Positions 51,859-64,000 of a stretch of 64,000 nucleotides of DNA are shown here, one piece after another. The stretch is from positions 744,001 through 808,000 of the forward strand of contig SMSO01000025.1 in NCBI GenBank assembly GCA_004764695.1, given 5' to 3'. The notes under the pieces are model-generated. The model made no database searches. It was not told the DNA's origin and saw only the letters and a program-made list of their open reading frames with translations. The translations under genes and the position numbers were made by a program. How positions within the stretch are numbered: the stretch's first letter is position 1; the number at the start of each line of letters is the position of its first letter. This stretch comes from Schizochytrium sp. TIO01 (taxonomy: Eukaryota; Protista; Bigyra: Labyrinthulomycetes).

Positions 51859-52847
51859 AGTGTGCCGTTTGCTCTGCAAATGATTCGACCCAACTCTTCT
51901 TCATTCCCTCGGCAACGTGCAGCGAGTGACGAAGCCTCCTTTTCGCCGCTGACCTCGCCGCACTGGCCATCGCTCGCCCTTCTCTGTGCCGCCTGCAGAT
52001 TTGTTGACAAGCAAGCAAAGCAAGGTCAAGCAGTGCAAGACCTCCCATGGCTGAGGTGCCCAATTCGCCGAGAGACGAGAATGCTCTCCTTCACTAATTA
52101 ATCCACTAACTCACTCACTTCTTATAACTAACTAACTCGCTCACTCGCAGGCCGTTAGTTCTTCTGCTTTCGCCTCAATTCCAGCCGTTCAACTGCTCCG
52201 CTGCACAATTAAATGACTAACTAATTAATTAATTAATATTAATTAATCTATTGCGAAATAAAACTCACGATTGGCTGCCTGCCATTGCTTGCGGTTGCGC
52301 TGGTTTCGACGCTGGAGGGAGTCACAAAAGGCTCCGCTCAAGCAAGAGGTCGACCGGCGTCGGTGGCGATTAGAAAACCAGCGATGCTCCTCGCGCTGGC
52401 AGCCTCAAGGCAGGCAGGCAGGCAGGCAGGCAGGCTTGCTGGCTTGCTGGCTAACTTGTTTGCTTGCTTGCTGCTTGCTCGGCGAGTTCTTCCCCATGAA
52501 ACAGCAACCCATGAGCCGTAGAGGGGACTACAAAAGCTCTTCTTCGCAGGAAACTACCACGGCGGAGGCATGATGATGTTTCACCTTCTTTATTTGTTTC
52601 GTTTTTACTTTCTTTCAATTCATTTTAATTAATTACTCAATGAATTGAAAGATTCCATGAATAAAACAACAATTCTGGCTGCAATTCACTTGAAAAATCA
52701 AAATTAAAAAGCTATTTTTTTTAAAATTATAAATAATAAATAAAACTATGGGAGGCTGGCTGCTCAATTATTCGTTTATAATCTCGCTATCGCCATTTCC
52801 ACCGCACTTTCTTATAATCAAACAACTAAAAGTAAACTAGACGAAGC

Positions 52848-52900
52848 GAGTGAGTGAGTGAGTGAGTGAGTGAGTGAGTGCGTGAGTGAGTAAGTGAGTG
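52848..52900. repeat. (GAGT)n microsatellite
   Basis: Directly visible. Confidence 0.9.
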
Positions 52901-55900
52901 ATACCAGGTGACACATACATTCATTGCACACTCCAGGTGTTTTCGCGCAGGGACGCATCCTGCATACATACAATGGTCGTGAGCCGAACAACAGTCTCTC
53001 CAATGCTGAGCATCTATCTGGTCACTCGCCGCCGCCTTCGCTCGCTTCACATGCTGAAATGACTCAGGTGGCCTGGAGTGCTAATAGGCTTGCTCCTGGC
53101 ACACTACTGAGCTTCCGTTCTTCTGCAAGCTCTGCCTTTCGAGGAGCTGTGTTCTTGCCACAAGCTTTTCGTCCCACAGTGAACCTGCATCTCGTTTTAT
53201 CTTTTCTTCTTCTTCCGCTTTCTTCTGTTCACTTGCGGTTGATACGAAGGTAACTTTACGACATCATCATGCAATAACTATCGTAGTCCTTTCTTTCCCG
53301 GTGCTTCGTGGGGACAAGCCATCGCAGTATACAGTAATTGGCCTTAGCTGCTTACCAACGAAGGTGTGGAAAATGTGAGCGCTCGTTTTGTTCTGTTTGA
53401 TATTGTCTTATTTTATTTTATTTTATTTTATTTTGTTTTGTTTTACTTTATTTTATTTTGTTTGGGTTGTTTCAACTCCCCGGTTTGAGTTGGTGGTTTC
53501 TTGAACCAAAGAGGAGAATATATGTTTTTTTAATTCTCTCAGAGTAAAGGTGTCTATTGTAAATCAAGCATATAGACAGCCCTAGTAGCGATGGACTCGA
53601 AAGTTCCTTTCAACAACGTCACGTTTGATGCGATCCTCTATGCGCCTTGCAAACAATCAATACGCATCTTGCGCCTTTCAGCTATTTCTGATTGCATATA
53701 GTGCCTCCTTCTGCAAAGCTCTCTAGCTGGGTAGCAACTTCGTCTCAAAGTGACATGGCCTTCTGCAGGCTTCCTGTCCACCATGGTAACAATGTGACAG
53801 CAGAAGAGAAAGACGCGCCTTCGTTTTCACTGTTTCACAGAATCGCCTATCAAGGTAAATGAATAAATAATTAAATGAATGAATAATTAAATGAATGAAT
53901 AATTAAATGAATGAATGAATGAATGAATGAATAATTAAATGAATGAATGAATGAATGAAGCTGCTCCAGCCAGCAATGCCGTGCGAGCGCTCTTGCTCAG
54001 GCTCGTGTACCCGTGCGTGGGCCGCTCGCATGTCTCAGTCCACTAGGCCTGAGGCCGTCCGTCTGTGAGAAGTACCGCGCGTATGACTCTTCGATGGGTT
54101 GAAAGGAATGCGATCTTGGCGCAAAGCATAGAGAGAGGAAGGCTGGCTTGCCTGCTTTCGAGGAGACTCACCACCAATGAGGCAGCTCACACATCATCAT
54201 CATGGCGGCGTGACGTTTCTTCACGGGCGCATCTGTGTGCGGCCTGAGTGCACGCGAGTGCGAGGTAGCGGGCAAGCGGGAGAGAGAGAGAGAGCTCGAA
54301 GGGGCGCGGAAGCAGGGCACTCCGTTGACCGCGACAGCGAGCAGACTCCGCAGCGACACCACGGAAGCGATCAACACTGTGTTTCGAGTCGGCAAAATTG
54401 GCAAAAACAGTCAGCGCCAATTCGAAAGCAGCCGCTGTGCTCTTTCGGCATAATTGAAAACCCTTTAAGTAACTATACAACAAAGACTAACTAAAAAACT
54501 CAAAATCCTTTCTTTCTTTCTTTCTTTTCTTTTCTTTTCTTTTTTTCTCTCCTTTTCTTCCCGTTCAAAAAGGACAGCCAATCCTGAGGACACACACGCT
54601 CACGCACGCATCTATCTTAGACTCACAGCGTCGGGAAAGGAGGCTCAATTTCTCTGGGCGAGAGAGGAAACTCCAGCATTTTCGCGCAAAAGTGCGTGAA
54701 AACAGATCTCGACGTGGATCCTAGATCCAGGTACATCGTAGTTTCTTTAGCGATTGCTTGCTTGTTCTTAGTTAGAATTACTATCAACTTCTAAAGGAGA
54801 AGTCATCCGAGTACTCCCTACCTACCTACCTACCTACTCGTGGCGATGTTTTCATGAGCGTCCATTCGTGATCTTGAATGAGCGAAGTTGCCTTCCGCCT
54901 CCTCTGCCTTATCAGCACAATCTGTGCGTGCAGCCAGGGGCCTTGGCGTACCAAGCACACACATCGTCCATCTTTACGTGGGGCTGCCCGCGTCAGTGTT
55001 GTTACTTGCATTCTCGAGGACCTTTTCTCCAGTTCTTCATCTTTCCACATCTGTGTGATCCATCACCTTTGTTTTCAAGTTATAGTTTTAAAACATCACT
55101 GGCCTTCTTCTAGGTACTCGAACTGGGGGTTCCGTACATATTGAATTTTGAAATTAAATGATCGAAAGATAAATAAATGATGAAGGAAAGATGATCAAAT
55201 CCAACTAAAATCCATCGTCGAGGAACCGAGGACCCTCTCCATTTGCTTGCTTGTTTGAAGATAGGTGTAGTTCGTCGTGCCTTTTACTGGAAACAGCCCC
55301 AGAGACAGGCCAAGGATCAACAGAATATACTCCGCGACCTGGCACTCTACACCGTTGTTTCACGATTACCTGGTACGCTATGGGAAGAAGCGGGCACCAG
55401 GCCTTGTCCATCTGGCTAGCGGGAACTCTTAGCCGCCCAGGCACCCGATGATGCCGAAAGAATGGATCCTGGTCTCCTCTCCACCTCCTTCAGGTCACCT
55501 GCGCAAAGAAAGACGAGGGTCCAAGCGAAACCTCACTCATCCAAGTTCGACGTATCTGGAGCACACAAGTATCGACTGCAAAGGTGTCGCAAGCTCTTCA
55601 GGCTGCGTTCTTTCTTCCCTTGTGTGCCCATTACTCTACTTGAAAGTTCGACCTGCATGGACACAATGAATGATTGAATGATTGAGTGCGTAAGTTCTCA
55701 CTGAAGAATGAGCTCTGCGCACCAGTGCTCGAAGAGTTGGAATCGCTAAATTACCGCTTTATCAGTAGAAAAGGAAAATAAAGCAATTCTGCCGCCTGAA
55801 CCTGTTCTACCTCGTGCCAATGCGACCTTTTTTATGCCGATGACCAGAGAGGAAATGTGCCGCAGGGAGAAGAAGGACACTCTGCTAGTGCTAGTTTGAT

Positions 55901-58900
55901 TTTTAACTTATTCGCGCAGAAAAAGCAGTGGATCCGGGTGTTTTTGGCATGATTAGTCTTGCACAGAATAAATAAGTGGCTATGCGTACGTGCACAAGTA
56001 GACGTTCCGGTATTTACAATAGAAAAATAATTTTGTTTATATTAAAGATATAGAAAAGAAGAACAGTATAAATATAAAAATAATTCTAGGGTTTCCCGAC
56101 CATTGACCAACTGGGTAGCACAATTCCCGGCCAATCATGGGCAACGCCCCTTTAAACGTTTATCTTTGCTGAAATGAACGACACTGCGTCATGGATCTCA
56201 CCGGCTAGGCCTTTTTGCTCATGATCCAAGTTGAACCTGGAGATCAAGCCATGGGCAGTTTTTCGATGCTTTCACACTTCATACTAACAACAAAAATAAA
56301 ATTATTTTACTCGAAAAGCAGGTGCTGCTCGCGGGGAGCAACAAAACGCACTTTTCTACCCCCAGACAAAGCAGGCCTGCTTCCGCAAAAGCAATGTCCA
56401 AGCTACCAGATAATTTTTTGAAAGCTAATCACCCACAGCGGCTCCTGGATAGCTTCTTCGACAAGTCTTCTGCTTCTCTGCGACTGCTGCCCAGTCCTCT
56501 CGTGCGGTGCAGTTGGCTTTTCCGCTTGCCTGCCAGACCGACCGAGATCATCTCTCGGTATCTCCTTTCCATTTCCAGAGCCTGCCTGCCCTCGCCAACA
56601 GATAGCTAGACCCTCTGCGCCCCCTTCACTCACTGCGCCGGCCGATTCTTACGAACGAGTTAGACCGCCCTGCTACTCCACTCTTTCTGTTTCTTTCTGT
56701 TTCTTTCTAGCGAGCGGAGAGCGCGTCCTCATGTCTCGATGACCTCGATATCATCCTCAAGAAGCCTGAGCATAGGACTTCCCACCGGCTCGCTAGGCCC
56801 TCCCACGTTTCCCTGCAAATCCGTGGAGTGGTCTCTCCCAGTCTTTTTGATAACTCAGAGCATACACAGTTAGCGGTGAAAAGAACACGCATAGCCACTA
56901 GCTACAGCAAAGCCTACGAGCGAACTCTGGTGACCTTGTTACGCTTTCTGCCAATCAACCACCCAAGACAGTCAATCGTCCGTCTATCCGCATCCTTTGA
57001 GTCCTAGTCCGGCTTTTTGTCTGTTATTTTCTCGATTTTCACTTCTTATTTCTTTTATTTTGGAATAAAAATTATCATTATAACGATATTATAAGAATAT
57101 GACAAAACAAAAACTACAGAGCGAAGAAGCAGAAGGTACATCAAATGGTGCTCCTTGGAACTACTGAATAATGAGCTTTGTCTCCCAACGCTGGAACATG
57201 GAGTCATTTATTGTCTTCGATGGAGAGGTAACTATATCTATTCCTCTATAAAAGAGCAAGCACTCACTTTAATTTTTAATTTTTAATTTTTATAAATAAA
57301 GAAATGTTTTCTACCTTGCAGGATAACTCTTTTGCATTCCGTTGCGGCCATTTCCAAATCACCTGATGATATGTCAATGGCGGCGCTATGCACACGAACC
57401 AAAGTACCTTCCCAGCCTATCGATTGGTATGAATGAGAAAGCAAGCAAGCAAGCAAAAAAGAAAAGAAAAAAAGAGCGATTAAGCAAGCAAGAAAGTAGT
57501 AGTAGAGGGGTCGCAGTTCTCTCCCACCAAGCCGCTTCCGTCGAAGCTGCGTGCCAAGCTAGTTGGAACACCAACGAAGAAGCTATATCAAGCTAGTTTC
57601 ATGTTCTGAGAAGCTACTTGCTTATCCTGGAAGCTGGACTTCCGAAACGGCCGCTGACAGAGTTACACTATTTGAAAGAGTCTTTATAAAAGTTTTGAGC
57701 TTCTAAAAACGTTTTTAAAATGCCGGCGCGCGCTGTTTTCAAGGTCCGCCTTGCGCGTGCGCATGAGGATAGGTAGCCCTTGTTTTAGGTGGCCTCTCTG
57801 CGCGCGCCTTTAAGGAACTGTCACCTCAACCGGATTTGCGTGCCCAACGTATCGCTGGCGCTGAGACTTTACCTGCCCGTCAGGAGGGCAGTTCTTAGAG
57901 CGATTGGCAGGCCACTCTCCGGTCAGCTCGAGGCTTTCGGGCCGATACCTCGCGCAGACTCAATAAGCAAAAGTCACATGTGCTTGCTTTTTCTCTTATG
58001 GTCATTTGCTAGGGAAGGACTACATCTTTATACTCCTACTTTGATGTAGTTTTTCACTTCTTAATTTAAAAAACAAAATGTTTTTAATTAAAATATTTAT
58101 TCTTCTTCAGAACACTAGTGATAACCCATGTTGTTTCCCTTCACCATAAAAATTGAGCTGCGACTGACTTGAAGAATGAATCGCAACGATACGTGCACGA
58201 GGATACGAAGCTGATCGAAAGACTGCGTTGACGCGGCCTTTACTTGCCTCCCTCTGCACCGGCGTCTGGATGTCTCGCTTATTTGTATGGTTGCTTCCTC
58301 GCTGACCTCGCTCTGGTCCGCTCAGGGGCGCAAATCGCTTCTTGCATGGCCTTGAAACCGTTTCCCTGTGCATATATACATACATAGCCTTGGCTCTCAT
58401 CGTGCAATGCATAGTAATAATAATAATAATAATAATATATTGATTAGCTGATTGATAGATTGGAATTTAGTCCGTGCGACTTTGAAAGCCCTTGAAGCGG
58501 ACATTGATTCAACTAAAACAAATCAATGCGAAGCCTGGTCTCCTGCACCAGCTGCCGAGAGACCTGACAGAGTATTCATGGTGTCCTAAGATGCAGCCGG
58601 TGAGCGGGCAATACAAAACCACTCATTTCATTTGACCTGTTTGTGTCGGTACCCAATTTCCTTTCCCAAGGAGAAGCAAGAACAGGAAATTTAGCTTTCT
58701 GCGCCACCTTTTTCTTGGAAGTAAGTGCTGCGAATCTCAGTGTCATCTTTAAATTCTGTTTCTACTGCATGCGATATGATGCACAATTACCCTTATATTT
58801 TTAATTGTGAAAAATATGTTTTTTTGTTTTTGTTTTGTTTTTTTAATGCAATTGAAAACAATTATTTCCTCTGCAATGCGAGCTCCCCCTTTAAGTTATT

Positions 58901-59565
58901 TTGTTTTATCAATAATCAATAACTTTGAAGTAAATTCGAATCAGCTGTCCTAGTTGGAAATTATTATATTTTCATTTAGCTGCTACTGCTTTTGCTACAG
59001 GTAATTAAAAATAAAAGAATACTGATTTTGAAGTTGAGCTGTGACACATCTCTCTAGCTCGAGCTAGATCGCTCGCCCTTCAAAGCAGAGGCGAAGGCCT
59101 GGCTTCCCTCTTGCATGTGCCAGAGCTGCTGCTGCGCTCTTGTTGCGTTTGCATCTGCACGAGGTAGCCAAGCACCCAGCCTCCTTGGAGCCCTCCGTAT
59201 CGAGGCGCCTCCAAGCTTTCCTCTTCTTGGATGTCAGTCGCGGTCAGATTTCCATTACAGGGACACTCTCCTTCTAATGAATTCCAATATTTCTTCACGC
59301 ATACTGCTAGCCAGCTGCCCAAGTGCTACGGATGGGCCTAGCCGCCCGCCTGGAGGTTCTTTTTCGTCAACAACAGCATTATATCAACAATAAACTGACT
59401 GTGTAGAAGCAATACTACACTTCAAGCGCACTACACTAAGGCTTGCCAGTGCTACTGCAATCGCCAGAATGCCAAGGAGGCGAACGGAGCTGCCTCGTGC
59501 CAGGGCGCCTTCTATACTACAGTATATACTACAGTGTAAGAGAAGGGGCCGAGCTCTTAGCAACT

Positions 59566-59697
<132 letters not shown>

Positions 59698-60452
59698 GCT
59701 AGCTAGTAGCTAACTGTCTCCTTGCCCGTGAGTTCTCCTCTCTCGTGGCGGCAGAAGCAACAGAACAGAACAGTACAGAACAGTATATAACAGAACAGAA
59801 CAGAAGGCTGGCTCACTAGAAGATATTTGTTTCATGGTGGGACGCCTGCGCGATGCCGATGAATGCCAACGCCACTGCAATGCGGCGATGGCAAGGCTTT
59901 CGGCGCTAGCTCGGATGCTGCTGCAGCGAGATAGAAGCAACCAGCGCAGCTTTGGAGAGAAAGCAAGAAACCAACCATACCTACCTGTGTACCCATTCAG
60001 AGCTACCCAGAGAGAACGGTGCCTGCCTAGCTGGCTGGGTGGGACTGCTACTGAAGCTGTTCTTCTGCTCGGGCTATAGGAGAACGCGAGAGAAACTCTC
60101 CTGGAGAGCTCGATCAGGGCCAGTCTGCATCTCCTTCCTGAAAGCTGCTTCGTGAAACAACAACCTCGTTCCAAAGCAAAGAAAGCTTTCCCGTGGAACT
60201 TTGGGGCGCCAGCATTGAAACGGCAAAGATGAAGACCGGCAGAGAGAGTGAAAATAAAACTCAAGGCGCTTCGAATAGTGCGGTATTAGTTAGGCCAAGA
60301 GTTAGGTACCTATAATCGCTACTGAGATGGAAGAAGGCAAGGCCACCTCGACTGCAGCACGAGGTGTCCCACCAAGATCGACCAGACGAACCAACAAACA
60401 AACAAACATACAAACAAATAAACAAAAGTACAAGCAAGCAAGCAAATCTGAG

Positions 60453-60788
60453 ACAAACAAACAAACAAACAAACAAACAAACAAACAAACAAACAAACAA
60501 ACAATCAAATGAGGCGGTGAACAGGCAGGCGCCTTTCCTCGTCTCCGTTCTTTCTCTTCTCTCGAAAAAGGAATCGTCCTGGACTCTCCCACAGAACAGC
60601 CCTTAGCGGCGCCCCTAGCCAGTGCTACTGGCACGAGCTCTTTGACAGCAGCTGTGGTTCCAGCTACCCTCGCGAGCATAGAAAAAAGGGAACCCACCGT
60701 TCGACGAAGTACAGTACACTCAATAAATCGACGAAGCGACGACAGATATCGATCGCTCCTCTGTTCCCGAGCACGCGGAGAGCGCTCG

Positions 60789-60844
<56 letters not shown>
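60453..60844. repeat. (CAAA)n and (CT)n microsatellites
   Basis: Tracts at about 60453-60503 and 60794-60844. Confidence 0.9.
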
Positions 60845-60847
<3 letters not shown>

Positions 60848-61757
60848 CCGTCTCAGGCGGCGACCGCAGTTCGAAACTTCCCCCGCACACACCCACACAC
60901 CCAAAGCAAAGTTCGCCAGCTTGTCGAGCGCAAGCCGCGGCAAGCTCTCCAGGAATCGCCAGCTTCGCCCAAGGGAAGCGGAGGCGGCTGCGGTGGCGCG
61001 AGTTCTTCTTCTTCTTCTTCTTCTTTCTTTCAGGCACGCGCTCGAGAGGAAAGGGAGAGCGCCGGCGCCGCTATCCTAGCGCTACGACGAAAGACCAAAC
61101 TTGCTGAGCTCAGTCAGGGCTGTTTGTTTGATTGTTTGATTGTTTTTGTTTTTGTTCTTTTCACGGTGAAGTGGTATCGCCGGATCATGCCAGATCAGAC
61201 CTGCCCTCGGCGTGAAACGAAGGACGCCGAGTGGTCGCTGGAGGCAAGAGAAAACCTGCCCGGAGGCTGGCCACCAGGCACGCACCAGCCGCCCGCCTCC
61301 GGGAGAGGACAAGGGCCGGCGCGCGTTGTGCTTCCCTCGACGACAAGCCTGCTTGTGATGGCGTAGTAGAAGCCATTTACTGTTTAGTTATTTCTAAAAA
61401 TAAGTTTAGAGTAAATTAACTCACTGATGCTGTGAATGGATGGACGGATGGATGAACAGCTTAGCTGGAAGCTGGTTTTGAGAGGATTTTTTTTCATTTC
61501 AAGTGAGTGAGCAGATGTGTTTTAACTTAAGAAGGAAGAAGGGGGAAACGCCAAATTTCTGAACGACCACCACGGTTGGACAAAAACGGACGAGAAGAGT
61601 TGAAATTTGGTGGTGTAATGAGGGTAGAAGGTGCTATTTACTTGTTTTATTTGTTTTTAAAGAAATGAAATGCTAGCGCGAGTGCTGGGCACTGCTGGGG
61701 CAATGGGAGAAGAACTCACGTTGATATTGGTACCCATCTATCTCTCTGAATGAAGGG

Positions 61758-61894
61758 GTTTCCAAACCCTATGTTTTTTTATCAGACTAAAATTTGTTTT
61801 TCCTTGTATTGAAAAATATGATTGAGTTTCCAGACCCTATGTTCTTTTTTATCAGACTAAAACTTGTTTTTTTTTTGTTTTTTGTATTGAAAAA
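61758..61894 (+). repeat. Imperfect tandem duplication, about 60-70 bp unit
   Basis: TTTCCA(A/G)ACCCTATGTT...TTATCAGACTAAAA(T/C)TTGTTTT...TTGTATTGAAAAA occurs at about 61758 and about 61827. Confidence 0.85.
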
Positions 61895-63632
61895 CAATCA
61901 GCTAATCGACTCGCGCAGTGCACCGAGCTCCACTCAACGTGCCTTTGTATTATTCTGCACACACAAAATAAATAGAAAATCGGACTAGCTTGACAGCAAA
62001 TTGAATTGCTCTGTTCTCATTCGCTCTTTGATTAAAACTTTCTGTAATAATATTTTAATTACAAACGAAAGCCCATGTCTCATCAGAGATTTATCAACAA
62101 CGAGCGCGCTGTGTCTCACCTTTCAATTCAACAACTAAAATTTAACCAGAATGATCAATACAACAGCAGTACTTTTTTGGACAAAATTAAAAATAAATAT
62201 ATATTTACATCTTCTTTTATTTTCCAACAAATAAATGCTGCTTGCTACCCCTGTAACTTCGAAACTCTCGAAAGTGCGGAGCCCTCAGAGGAAACAGGTT
62301 AACAGAAAGAACACGCGCAGCAGCCTCGCCAATAAATAACATGCACACCATACTTGATCGAAACCTGCATTATTTTGTTTATTTATTTGTTTATTTATTT
62401 ATTAATCCCTCGAATCAAACCAAATCCGCCCCTCTCTCTCTCTCAGGCAGCCGCTGCGATGCGAGATCTTGGGCGCTCCTGCTTGGGACCCCACGGAAGG
62501 TCCACCCATCCATCCACGCGATGACGTTGTTGCGGTAAGGTGTCTGTCTGCCTCCACAGGATCTCGGCACCCCCCGAAGAAGCTAGAACCCCCTCGCAGC
62601 TTCGCAGGTGCGCGAGAAAGAACTCTTTACGGGCGGCGGTGGCTCCAATTTCGTTGGCCAGGTCTCGAGATTCCTTGGCTCGCCTGCTTCCTCTTCGTTG
62701 AGTTTGCTCGTTTTTCTTTGGGCCAGCCAGAGAGTTTCCACTCTGCTCTGCTGTGGACGTCCGCCATGCGCACTCATTCAGCCGCTGCGAGTAGATCGCT
62801 TGGCCGCATGGAGGCTTGCTGCGCTTGGAATCGCAATGAAGGTTTTCTATATTTCTAAATCTACGTTATCAGAGAAAAAAAATAAATGCTGTCTTGTTTA
62901 TTGATTTACCTTTTCTTTTCTTTTTAAATTAACAATATGGAGGTCTGTAGAAAGGAAAAGGAGCGAGCTAGATACATTCATTTATTCATTCATTCATTCA
63001 TTCACTCATTCATTCACTCATTCACTCATGTCTTCTTTCTTTCTTGGAGCTGGCTGGCTGGCTTGGGCGCAGTTGCCTTTGCTGATTTGCCACCTCTTTC
63101 ACACGCTCCCGTGAGTCTGTGAGGAGTCAAGGAGGCAGTCAGTTAGGCTCCCCTCGTTCTGTCTGGGAACACAGAGAGGCGGCGAACTTGGCATGGCCCA
63201 TCTTTTAACTGTAGCTCCCTATCTACATCCTAACTAGCAATCTCGAGAGCCGAGGATTCCCGATTAAGATCATCTGGAAGCAAGCAAGGACAAGCAGACA
63301 AAGCGTAAACATAGGAGCAAACAGATGACCAACTGATGATCCATTGAGCAAAGAAACAAGCCAAAGTCTCTCTGCTCCTGGAACTCGTGCTCTCTGAGGA
63401 GTTAGTTACCTGTCTACCGCACCCTCCTCAAGGCAGGCAGCCAAAGAGATCGATCGACCTATCTACGTTGACCCGATCGAGGGTAGATTTTTTAGTTGAC
63501 TGGCATTTTGGCATTTGTGCGCTCTGCGCCATTCTTCCTGTATTCGACAGCCGCAGATACTCACAGGCTGCTTATTTTAGAGTGGTCTGGGGAGTGAAAC
63601 AGTGGCATTTCCTCATTTACTTTTTATTCAAT

Positions 63633-63874
63633 CATTCATTCATTCATTCATTCATTCATTCATTCATTCATTCATTCATTCATTCATTCATTCACAAGTT
63701 TGTTCACTTGTTTCCCTGTTTACTTGTTCAGAAAAGGCAGTTGAATGTCGACGGGTTAGAATGAATGAAACATCTTTTGCTTGAAAAGCAAACAAACAAA
63801 CAAACAAACAAACAAACAAACAAACAAACAAACAAACAAACAAACAAACAAACAAACAAACAAACAAACAAACA
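63633..63874. repeat. (CATT)n and (CAAA)n microsatellites
   Basis: Tracts at about 63633-63694 and 63790-63874. Confidence 0.95.
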
Positions 63875-64000
63875 TACCAGACAGGAATGATTCAGAGAAA
63901 ATGACACTTGATTCTTTTATTTTAAATTGCTATTTTTTCTTTAGAATACTATCTGTTATTTTATCATATAGCGAATGACGGTAATAATGACGGTAACATA

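Noticed and set aside
61758-61894. Direct repeat as CRISPR or transposon end
   Set aside because: Only two adjacent imperfect copies; no spacers, TIR/TSD or transposase.

Overview
Eukaryotic, intron-poor and very microsatellite-rich DNA. The style (compact genes, rare GTACGT...ACTAAC...AG introns, AP2 factor, tetranucleotide SSRs) suggests a thraustochytrid/labyrinthulomycete stramenopile; this is inference, not proven. Six genes are supported: (1) a canonical heterotrimeric G-alpha; (2) a convergent two-exon gene, truncated by the ORF track, that looks like a degenerate, tail-anchored pseudo-G-alpha lacking the helical domain and all GTP-binding motifs; (3) a membrane protein with an AsmA/RBG-like lipid-transfer fold interrupted by a C2 domain and ending in a PH domain; (4) a divergent SLC12 cation-chloride cotransporter; (5) PTH2; (6) a double-AP2 transcription factor split by a 1-nt frameshift. 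Between the genes are two kinds of non-coding DNA. One is SSR-free blocks of decayed genes (RanBP2-ZnF/RING, FG-GAP surface proteins). The other is long SSR-rich deserts (about 16.3-28 kb and 42-64 kb) with quasi-periodic, polarised T-rich-to-A-rich islands. No rRNA, tRNA, CRISPR array or intact transposon was recognised. All homology calls are by eye; no searches were run.
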